Source: Alphaproteobacteria bacterium (GTDB lineage Bacteria > Pseudomonadota > Alphaproteobacteria > CALKHQ01). Taken from it: a stretch of 64,000 nt of DNA. Within the stretch, counting starts at the first letter, position 1. Each line of letters starts with the position of its first letter. Below, piece by piece: positions 56,098-64,000 of the stretch. Location: assembly GCA_965227515.1 (NCBI GenBank), contig CBDDFZ010000001.1, positions 1,568,001 through 1,632,000 of the forward strand, in the 5' to 3' direction. The position numbers and the translations under genes were made by a program. The notes beneath the pieces were generated by a model, which did no database searches, was not told where the DNA came from, and saw only the letters and a program-made list of their open reading frames with translations.

Positions 56098-57115
56098 GGA
56101 CCTGCCTCCGCCGGCTGAATTCCTCCAACGCCACCGCGGCGACCACGATGATGCCGATGACGATCGGCTGCAGGCGCGAATCCACTCGCATCAGGTTCAT
56201 CGCGTTGGTCAGGATGATCAGGAACAGCGCGCCCAGCGCCACCAGTTCCACCCGGCCGATGCCGCCGCGCAGGCTGACCCCGGCGATCACCGCCGCGGCA
56301 ATGGACTGCAGCATGAAGATGTTGCCGCCAATGGAGGTCTGGCCCGACCCGATGCGCGCCGTCATCACCACGCCGGCCACCGCGGCCAGCGTGCCGCAGA
56401 TGGTGTAGGTCAGCACCAGGTAGGACTTGGTGGGCACGCCGGAGACGACGGCCGCCTGCAGGTTGCCGCCGATGGCGTAGATGTAGCGGCCAAGGGTGGT
56501 GAACCGCTGGATCGCCCAGACCGCGATCAGGATGGCGACCGCAACGTAGAGCGAGATCGGCAGGCCGAGCCAGCTTCCGCGCCCGAACTCGTCGACGAAA
56601 CTCTCCGGCATGCCATAGACGGGTATGCCCTGGGTCAGCAGCAGGCCGAGCCCGGTGGCGATGGACAGCGTGCCCAGGGTCACCATGAAGGGCGATATGC
56701 GCAGGAACGCCACGCACATGCCGTTGACCAGCCCGATGGCGGTGCCGCTGCCGGCGCCGGCGAGCACGCCGACGAAGATCGCCACCCCCTCAGAGCCCTC
56801 GCCCTCGGCATAGAGATCGGCCATCACGGTCGAGGTGACGGTGCTGGCGAGCGCCATCACCGCGCCGACCGAGAGGTCGAAGCCGCCGACGATCAGCACC
56901 AGCATCTGGCCGGCGGCCACCGTCGCCAGGTCGGTGGTGTTGCGGAGCACGTTGAAGATGTTGCGCTCGGCATAGAAATTCGGCTCGAACAGCGCCATCA
57001 GCGCGAGCACGATCAACAGCAGCAGCGGCAACAGGCCGACCGACACCATGACCCGCAGCGCCTGCTCCGAGTTGAGGCCGCCGTGCGGGCCGCCCGTGGT
57101 GGAATAGGAACTCAT
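56090..57115 (-). CDS. Sugar-type ABC permease
   Basis: GGFDLSVG, SPFMVTLG, YAIGGN..AA..SGV. Confidence 0.92.
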   Translation of the reverse strand: MSSYSTTGGPHGGLNSEQALRVMVSVGLLPLLLLIVLALMALFEPNFYAERNIFNVLRNTTDLATVAAGQMLVLIVGGFDLSVGAVMALASTVTSTVMADLYAEGEGSEGVAIFVGVLAGAGSGTAIGLVNGMCVAFLRISPFMVTLGTLSIATGLGLLLTQGIPVYGMPESFVDEFGRGSWLGLPISLYVAVAILIAVWAIQRFTTLGRYIYAIGGNLQAAVVSGVPTKSYLVLTYTICGTLAAVAGVVMTARIGSGQTSIGGNIFMLQSIAAAVIAGVSLRGGIGRVELVALGALFLIILTNAMNLMRVDSRLQPIVIGIIVVAAVALEEFSRRRQVRE

Positions 57116-58752
57116 GCGGCCTGCCCCGACGGCTGGGTGCCGTCCTGCTCATGGAAGAACGACGACAGCACCGCCTCCTCGGTCATGTTCTCGCCGGTCA
57201 GCTCCGTCACCATGTGGGCGCGGTGCATGACGTAGAGCCGGTTGGACAGGTTCAGCACCTCCGGCAGCTCCGATGAGACCAGCACGATGGTGGCGCCGGT
57301 GTCGACCAGCGCCTTCATCAACTCGTAGACCTCGATCTTGGCGCCGACGTCGATGCCGACGGTGGGCTCGTCGAACAGGAAGATGCGGGTCTCGCGGGTC
57401 AGCCCGCGCGCCAGCATCACCTTCTGCCGGTTGCCGCCGCTCAGGTTGCCGACCACGCGCTCGATGTTGGGCGGGGAAAGCTTCAGGCGGTTGACGATGT
57501 CCTTGATGATCGACTTCTCGCCGCGCCGGTCGATGATGCGCATGCGCGCGAACTGCGCCATGTCCAGGGCCGCCATCGACGCGTTCTCGCGCACCGGGCG
57601 CTCCAGCGCCAGGCCCTCGACCACGCGGTCGGACGGGAAATAACAGACGCCGTTCTTCAGCGAGCCGGTGGGCGAGGGGTGGTGCACCGGCTTGCCGTCG
57701 ATCAGGATCTCGCCCTCGGCGATCGGCTCCAGGCCATAGATGGCGCGGATCAGCTCCGACTTGCCGCAGCCGACCAGCCCGGCCACGCCGGTGATCTCGC
57801 CGGCGCGCGCCACCATGTTCACGTCGACCACGGTGCCGTCGGCCAGCGTCAGGTCGCGCACTTCCAGCGTGGTCTCGCCGGGCTTGTGGTCGACCTGCGG
57901 GAACAGCACGTCGATCTTGCGGCCGGTCATCAGCTCGACGAGGCGGCCTTCGTCAACGTCGGCGGCATCGACGGTGGCGATGTGGCGGCCGTCGCGCAGC
58001 ACGGTGATGCGGTCGGCGATGCGCTTGATCTCCGCCATCCGGTGGGACACGTAGATGATGCCGACGCCGTCTGATTTCAGCCGCTCGATCAGGTCGAACA
58101 GCTTGTATGTCTCGTTCTCGGTCAGCGAGGCGGTGGGCTCGTCCAGGATCAGCAGTTTCACCTCGGCCAGCATGGCCTTGGCGATTTCCACCATCTGCTG
58201 GTGCGCGCGCGACAGCTCGCCGACCTTCTTGCGCGAGTTCAGGTCGAAGCCGAGCGCGGTGATGATTTCGGCGGCGCGCTCGCGCATGGCGCCCTTGCGC
58301 AGGAACCCGAAGCTGCGGATTTCGCGGCCCAGGAACAGGTTCTCCGCCACCGTCAGGTGCGGCACCAGCGAGAACTCCTGGAACACCGGGCTGATGCCCA
58401 TCAACCGCGCCTGGTGCGGCGTCAGGTGGCTGACCGGCTTGCCCTGATAGTCGAACGTCCCTTCGTCGGGGCCGAACGTCCCGGCGATCACGTTGATCAG
58501 GGTCGACTTGCCGGCGCCGTTCTCGCCGAACAGCACATGCACCTCGCCCTTCTTCAGTTCGAAGTCCACGCCGTCCAGGGCAAGCACACCGGGGAAGCGC
58601 TTGGAGATGCCGCGCATCGAAAGCAGCACGTCGCCGGTTCCCCCCGGCGAGGCCCGGTCGGGCCCACCAGACGGACCCCCGGACGCGGCGGGCGCCGGTC
58701 CGGGGGTGGCTTGCGTGTCTGCTTTCGTGTCGGCGGGTGCGGTTGCGTTCAC
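57112..58752 (-). CDS. Sugar-type ABC ATP-binding protein
   Basis: GENGAGKS, LDEPTASL, LSGGNRQK, DEPTVGID. Confidence 0.95.
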   Translation of the reverse strand: MNATAPADTKADTQATPGPAPAASGGPSGGPDRASPGGTGDVLLSMRGISKRFPGVLALDGVDFELKKGEVHVLFGENGAGKSTLINVIAGTFGPDEGTFDYQGKPVSHLTPHQARLMGISPVFQEFSLVPHLTVAENLFLGREIRSFGFLRKGAMRERAAEIITALGFDLNSRKKVGELSRAHQQMVEIAKAMLAEVKLLILDEPTASLTENETYKLFDLIERLKSDGVGIIYVSHRMAEIKRIADRITVLRDGRHIATVDAADVDEGRLVELMTGRKIDVLFPQVDHKPGETTLEVRDLTLADGTVVDVNMVARAGEITGVAGLVGCGKSELIRAIYGLEPIAEGEILIDGKPVHHPSPTGSLKNGVCYFPSDRVVEGLALERPVRENASMAALDMAQFARMRIIDRRGEKSIIKDIVNRLKLSPPNIERVVGNLSGGNRQKVMLARGLTRETRIFLFDEPTVGIDVGAKIEVYELMKALVDTGATIVLVSSELPEVLNLSNRLYVMHRAHMVTELTGENMTEEAVLSSFFHEQDGTQPSGQAA

Positions 58753-58788
58753 CTCACCCCCATTTTGGTCAGACCTAAGGGAGAGCCC

Positions 58789-59853
58789 TTATTCGGCGGT
58801 GACCGAATACACCGGGTCCCAGTCGGCCGGTGCCAGCACCAGGCCCATGTTGATCTGGTCGGCGTTGCCCGACGCGATCATGTCCGGGATCGGCTTCACG
58901 AACGGCATCACCTCTTCGCCTTCCAGCGCGCGGACGGCCATGTCGATGGCGACCTTGCCTTCCAGCACCGGATACTGCGTGGCGAAGCCCAGGATCTCGC
59001 CGGCGTTCATCGCATCCAGCATGGCCTGGTTCTCATAGGACGACATGATCAGGATGTCGCCGGTGGCGCCGATCTCGGCGACCGCGCCGATGGCGGCCTC
59101 TGCCGTGGGCGCGGTGCCCCAGATCACGTTCATGGTCGGATAGGCCTGCAGCGCGTCCTGAATCAGGCTGAGCTGCACACCGACACCGCTATCACCGAAC
59201 ATCTCGTCCAGAATCGCGACGTCGGAGCCTTCGAGCCCGCGCTGGAATCCCTCGTAGAAGCTTTCGGCCCAGCCGGAGCCCGCCGGGCCCGGGAACGCCA
59301 CCGCTTCGGCGCTGTCACCGTCCAGGTACTCGAGCAGGTAGTTGGCCGTCTGCTCGCCCATGGTGTCGAACTCGACGTACATCTTGGCGGTGGTCTGCGC
59401 ATCGGCAACCGGATTGACGGTCGCGATCACCGGCTTGCCGGCGGCGATGCCTTCCTCGAACTTCTGCGCCAGGCCGGCCTCGGAGATCGGGCCGACGATG
59501 ATGGCGTCGAAGTCGGAGGCCATGCAGTCATCGAACTGGGAGAGCTGACGCGGCAGGTTCTCGTAACCGCCGGCCTCGTACAGCGTCATGTTGACGCCCT
59601 GGCGCTCGGCCTCGGTGACGATGCCGTAGGCGACGGCCACCCAGAAGCTGTCTTTCATGTGCGGGAACAGGACGCACAGGTTCCACGGCTGTGAAGCGCC
59701 TTCCAGCGGCGAATAGGTCGTCTCGACGTTTTCGCCGGAGCTTGCGTCGTACACCGCCACGGGCCACCAATCCTCTGCGGTGGCCGGCCCAGCGATCGCG
59801 AACGCTGCACCCGCGAGCAAGGCGGCCCGCAAATGGGTGGTAACTGCAGACAT
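58789..59853 (-). CDS. TorT-like periplasmic binding protein
   Basis: W.LCVLFPHMKDSFWVAVAYG..EA.R.GV....EAGGY, FPGPAGSGW resemble the TorT family. Confidence 0.8.
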   Translation of the reverse strand: MSAVTTHLRAALLAGAAFAIAGPATAEDWWPVAVYDASSGENVETTYSPLEGASQPWNLCVLFPHMKDSFWVAVAYGIVTEAERQGVNMTLYEAGGYENLPRQLSQFDDCMASDFDAIIVGPISEAGLAQKFEEGIAAGKPVIATVNPVADAQTTAKMYVEFDTMGEQTANYLLEYLDGDSAEAVAFPGPAGSGWAESFYEGFQRGLEGSDVAILDEMFGDSGVGVQLSLIQDALQAYPTMNVIWGTAPTAEAAIGAVAEIGATGDILIMSSYENQAMLDAMNAGEILGFATQYPVLEGKVAIDMAVRALEGEEVMPFVKPIPDMIASGNADQINMGLVLAPADWDPVYSVTAE

Positions 59854-60193
59854 CTTTCAGTCCCCCTAGACTTGGTTGCACATTGAAAAGCCATGTGAGC
59901 ACATCTCAGCACCCACGTACAGAGGCTCAGCGTCGCGCTTCGCACAGCAAGGTATGTGCCATGCGGTTCGCGCGTGCGGTGCAGCAATGGCGGCGGGGAA
60001 GGGGCGCGCACGCGCCGATTAATCGCGGTCGTTGCGCATCGCGGCATCGTTTGCACGATCCGCAGGCAGCGGCTGGGCGCGGCCCAATCGCACCATGCGG
60101 CGGGCATGGTGTGGGATCGTGCGCGCCGATCGGCTATTCCTGGGTGAGCCCGGCAATTCGGCCAAGGGGGCGACCGAACAAGTGGGGGGAACG

Positions 60194-61123
60194 ATGATCT
60201 GCTGGACCGCATTGCGGCGCGCTCTGCTGGCGACGGCGCTGTTGGCGCCCGGTGCCGCCGGTGCCCAGGATGCCGACATGGCGGTGGGCGAGGTCGTTCA
60301 GGACTGCCCGCGCTGCCCGCCGATGGTGGCGATACCGGGCGGCGACTTCATGATGGGCTCGCCGCGTGGCGAGCCGGGGTCGAGCGGTCGCGAACAGCCC
60401 CAGCACCGGGTGACCGTGCCGTCGTTCATGCTGGCCATCCACGAGGTGACGCGCGCGCAGTTCCGCACCTTCGTCGCGGCCACCGGCCACGTGTCGGAGT
60501 CCTGCCAGGTCTACGACGGCAACCAAGTGTCCGTAGAGCGCGATCTGAACTGGGAAAATCCCGGCTTCGTGCAAGAGGACGACGAGCCGGTCGTTTGCAT
60601 CGGCGGCGCGGCGGCCCAGGCCTATGTCGACTGGCTGGCGTCAGAGACCGGCATCGCCTTCCGGCTGCCCAGCGAGGCGGAGTGGGAATACGCGGCGCGT
60701 GCCGGCACCGAGACCATGCGCTACTGGGGCGACCTCGCCGACGAGGGCTGTGCGTTCGAGAACATGGCCGACGAGGCGGCCGCGGTGGGGTTGGACTGGA
60801 ACCGCACCGTCGGCTGCAACGATGGCTTTGCCCACACCGCGCCGCCCGGGTCGTTCGCGCCGAACCCATTCGGTCTGTACGACATGCTGGGCAATGTGTC
60901 GGAATTGACCACGGATTGCTGGAACAACAACTACATCGTGCTGCCGCCGACCGACGGCAGTGCCTGGGACAGCGGCGAGTGCGGCTCGCGGCCGGCGCGC
61001 GGCGGCAATTGGGGGTCCGACGACCGCAATTTCCGCGCCGCCTACCGCGTCAGCATCTCCTTTGCGGGCAATGGGTCGAGCGCGGTCGGATTTCGCATCG
61101 CGCGCGACATTGCGCCGGAGTAG
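60194..61123 (+). CDS. Secreted FGE-sulfatase (SUMF1) domain protein
   Basis: DCPRCPPMV.IPGG.F.MGS, RLPSEAEWEYAARAG, NPFGLYDMLGNV, RGG.W, GFRIAR. Confidence 0.9.
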   Translation: MICWTALRRALLATALLAPGAAGAQDADMAVGEVVQDCPRCPPMVAIPGGDFMMGSPRGEPGSSGREQPQHRVTVPSFMLAIHEVTRAQFRTFVAATGHVSESCQVYDGNQVSVERDLNWENPGFVQEDDEPVVCIGGAAAQAYVDWLASETGIAFRLPSEAEWEYAARAGTETMRYWGDLADEGCAFENMADEAAAVGLDWNRTVGCNDGFAHTAPPGSFAPNPFGLYDMLGNVSELTTDCWNNNYIVLPPTDGSAWDSGECGSRPARGGNWGSDDRNFRAAYRVSISFAGNGSSAVGFRIARDIAPE

Positions 61124-61159
61124 CCGAGCGTCGCGAGCGCGTGGTGCGCTCGCGGCCGT

Positions 61160-63232
61160 TCAGGCTGCCTTGCGTTCGGTCTCGGCCGCTGCCTCGGCAT
61201 CTGCCGCCGCTTCGGTCGAGGCCAGGCTGTGCTGGAGCTTCGCGCGGGTATCTTCGTCGATGTCGAACTCGATGGCGCGGGATAACTCGGTTGCACGGAC
61301 CACGCGGCCGGCGAACTCGCCCAGCGCACTGATCCTGAGCTTGATGGCATTGCCCTTCTGGATGCCCTCGACCGCTTCGATCTCCGCGCCGCCGGCGGAC
61401 ACATCGTTCAGCCGGCATTCCCGCCATTGGCCATTCACAAATACCTCGGTCGGCGAGCAGATCTGCACGCGCTTGTACTTGCGGCGGTTGCCGGCCCGCG
61501 ATTCGCGCAGGATGGTGGTGATCTGCGCCTGAAGCGCCGCGACAGACTCGTTGACCTCACTGGCGTTGCCGCGAACCTGATCCGCCAGATTGCCGGAGTC
61601 CTTGGTCGCGGTGGTCACTTCGTTGATGCCGCTGGAAACATCGTTGGTGCCGCCGGCTGCTTCTGCGGCGCTGCGTGCGATTTCCTGGGTCGCTGTCGTC
61701 TGCTGCTTCACCGCACCGGCGATGTTGCTGGTGATCTCGCTGACCTCGCCGACCGTACTGCCGATCTGCTGGATCGCCGTCACCACCGCGCCCGTGGCGT
61801 TCTGGATGGCGTCGATCTGCCGGTCGATCTGTTCGGTGGCCTTGCCGGTCTGATTGGCCAGGCTCTTCACCTCCGATGCGACGACGGCAAAGCCCTTGCC
61901 CGCGTTGCCGGCGCGCGCTGCCTCGATGGTCGCGTTCAGGGCCAGCAGGTTGGTCTGCTCGGCGATGTCGTTGATCAGGGTGACGATAGCTTCGATCTCT
62001 TTCGCCGCTTCGTTCAGGCTGCTCACCATCTCGCCGGAGCGGGTGGCTTCCTGCACGGCGCTCTCCGTGATCGTCGTTGAGCGGTCGACCTGCCGGCTGA
62101 TCTCGGCAATGCTGCTGGACATTTCCTCAGCCGCGCTGGCCACGGTCTGCACGTTGGAGTTGGTTATCTCCGCCGCGGACGTCACCGACGCGCTGACCGC
62201 GCTGGCGTTCTGGGCAGAGGCGTTCATCTCGTCGGCCAGGCCCTGCATGTCGCCGGCCTTTTCCTGAATGATGCCGACGGCGACGCGGACTTGCTGGTCC
62301 AGCGCATCGGACAGGGCCAGCATCTCGCGACGCACTTTTTCGCTTGCCTCGGCTTCGCGGGCTTTTTCGGCGCCTTGCATCTCTTTCAGGCGAATCATCG
62401 AACCCCGCAGGCGTTCGATGGCCCCGCCGATCTTGCCAATCTCGTCGCGAGACTGGACGTGGCACGACACCGTGGTGTCGCCATCGGCCAAGCCGTCGAT
62501 GGCGGCCACCGAGCGAAGCAATGGCCGGATCATCATTTCCGCCATGAAGATACCGATGCCGACCGCCGCGATTACGCCCACGGCCAATGCGGCCCAGAGC
62601 ACGATTTCGGCGGTTTCCTCGTGGGCTTTGGCGGTGGCCGCTGCGGTGGCGGAGTGTTCGCGCAGGTCGTGCAACAGGCCGCTCAGCATGACGTCGAGAT
62701 TGTCGGCATGCGCTTCCAGTTCGATGGCCATCTGGCGCGCCTCGCCGAACGAGCCGGCCCGCATGGCCTCGAACAGCCTGGCCGCCTCGTCGTTGAACGC
62801 CGCGTGTTCGGTTTCCAGGGTCGCAAGGGCGTCGCGGACCACGACGAATTCCGATCGTGCCTCGGCATCGCCGTCGCGCTGCAATATCTCCTCTGCAAAG
62901 GCGCGCCCGGCGGCAAATTCCTCGTCAACCTTGGCGGCCAACGCATCGAATGCCGAGACGGTGGCGTCGAAGTGCTCGGCCGCGGCCGGGTCGGAACCCA
63001 TCTGCTCGCCGAACCGCAATGCGCGTTCCATCTGCACCGTTTGCTCAAGCTGGTGGACGGTGATCTCGGTGACCACGCCGGTCATCGGAATGTTCTCTTC
63101 CGAAATCTGGTTCAACTCTCCACCGATGCTGCCGATTTGAAATTGCGCGTAAAGGCTGATGGCCAGCAACAGTAGAACGCCGAACGCGACCTGGAACATG
63201 GTCTTGGTGCGGATGGAAAGATTCTTGTACAT
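61160..63232 (-). CDS. Methyl-accepting chemotaxis protein with C-terminal PilZ domain
   Basis: Two TM helices, HAMP, IAEQTNLLALNATIEAARAG; RRKYKR and DVSAGG PilZ motifs. Confidence 0.93.
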   Translation of the reverse strand: MYKNLSIRTKTMFQVAFGVLLLLAISLYAQFQIGSIGGELNQISEENIPMTGVVTEITVHQLEQTVQMERALRFGEQMGSDPAAAEHFDATVSAFDALAAKVDEEFAAGRAFAEEILQRDGDAEARSEFVVVRDALATLETEHAAFNDEAARLFEAMRAGSFGEARQMAIELEAHADNLDVMLSGLLHDLREHSATAAATAKAHEETAEIVLWAALAVGVIAAVGIGIFMAEMMIRPLLRSVAAIDGLADGDTTVSCHVQSRDEIGKIGGAIERLRGSMIRLKEMQGAEKAREAEASEKVRREMLALSDALDQQVRVAVGIIQEKAGDMQGLADEMNASAQNASAVSASVTSAAEITNSNVQTVASAAEEMSSSIAEISRQVDRSTTITESAVQEATRSGEMVSSLNEAAKEIEAIVTLINDIAEQTNLLALNATIEAARAGNAGKGFAVVASEVKSLANQTGKATEQIDRQIDAIQNATGAVVTAIQQIGSTVGEVSEITSNIAGAVKQQTTATQEIARSAAEAAGGTNDVSSGINEVTTATKDSGNLADQVRGNASEVNESVAALQAQITTILRESRAGNRRKYKRVQICSPTEVFVNGQWRECRLNDVSAGGAEIEAVEGIQKGNAIKLRISALGEFAGRVVRATELSRAIEFDIDEDTRAKLQHSLASTEAAADAEAAAETERKAA

Positions 63233-63452
63233 TGCAATACTTACCCCGTCCTGAGTAGCATCTCGTACCCGTTCGATGTGACGCCAGCAGCGTTTCAACA
63301 AGACTTGCCGTGGGCAGTATTGATAATGTTGCCCCAAACCCTGGTCGAAAACACGCTGCCCTGCCTAGTTTGGCGGCAACACTCGAACCTGGTCGGCCGT
63401 CGTCTCGAAATCGCCCCGTGGGATCACAAGTATGTCGATGTAACAAAGGCGG

Positions 63453-63468
63453 GTTATGCGACGGTTAA
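63453..63468 (-). promoter_or_regulatory. CtrA-like box upstream of the MCP gene
   Basis: TTAA-CCGTCGC-ATAAC on the minus strand (one mismatch to TTAA-N7-TTAAC). Confidence 0.45.
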
Positions 63469-63738
63469 TGGCTGGGAATTAGTTGGATGATCGGTCATAG
63501 ATCGGCCGTTCTTGGGTAAAATGGCCCAGGACATTGAACTGTTCTACAAACAGTAGTTGCATGAGTGCGGGTGTGGCGATCGGTCGGCTGCCGCGCCGGC
63601 ACCCCGCCATCACGTTTTGGTGGCCGGCGGGGTGAGTTTCCAAGCCCGATGTAATATGGTCAGCCGCGAAACGCCTTCCCCTGGCCGTCCCGGCGGGTGC
63701 GTGGGCCGTGGGGAATACGCAACAGGGAGTGCCGGTCA

Positions 63739-64000
63739 ATGAACTTTCACAGGGATGTGGTCGCGCGGGCGGCGGCCGCCTTCGCGTTGCCTTGGCTCGC
63801 GTCGGCGTCGGCATTTGCCGCCGAGCCCAGCACCAAGGGTATCTTCGACCGGCTGCAGGGTGGCGAGCCCTTCACCCTGATGATCGAACGCCCGGGCAGC
63901 ATCGTCGACATCACCTCGCTGGCGATCCTCGAGGACGGCCGGACCTGGATCTGCGGCTATGTCGAGGACCTGGGCGGCAGTTTCGCGGAGGGCTATCTGG
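63739..64000 (+). CDS. Secreted protein, truncated by window end
   Basis: GGGAG RBS, signal peptide ending AFA, frame open to the end of the window. Confidence 0.65.
   Translation, partial: MNFHRDVVARAAAAFALPWLASASAFAAEPSTKGIFDRLQGGEPFTLMIERPGSIVDITSLAILEDGRTWICGYVEDLGGSFAEGYL

Noticed and set aside
60194-61123. Diversity-generating retroelement target (FGE/CLec fold)
   Set aside because: No template repeat or reverse transcriptase is visible in the window

Overview
High-GC alphaproteobacterial chromosome segment; fliX, flgI, flgK, flgL, a single-Cys DksA and a PilZ chemoreceptor suggest a Rhodospirillales-like organism. It carries tRNA-Val(CAC), tRNA-Arg(CCG), an ars operon, two catabolic/ABC-transport clusters, a flagellar cluster, a globin-adenylate cyclase pair and many palindromic repeats. 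The main finding is a three-tier mobile system: a RAYT transposase flanked by GTAG-type REPs, and two IS1111-group IS110 elements inserted at the identical GTAG^ position of those REPs. Each IS 3' non-coding region contains readable bridge/seekRNA guides for both the REP target and its own circle junction. The single difference in the right-target guide between the two copies matches the difference between their insertion sites. Also found: an array at 41.5-43.9 kb in which duplicated gene 3' tails alternate with different palindromic cassettes; a 0.9 kb insertion with a 24-bp direct repeat that replaced the aquaporin C-terminus; and a decayed tRNA-Arg islet with an oriT-like palindrome. All calls come from reading the sequence and recalling protein families; no database search was run.
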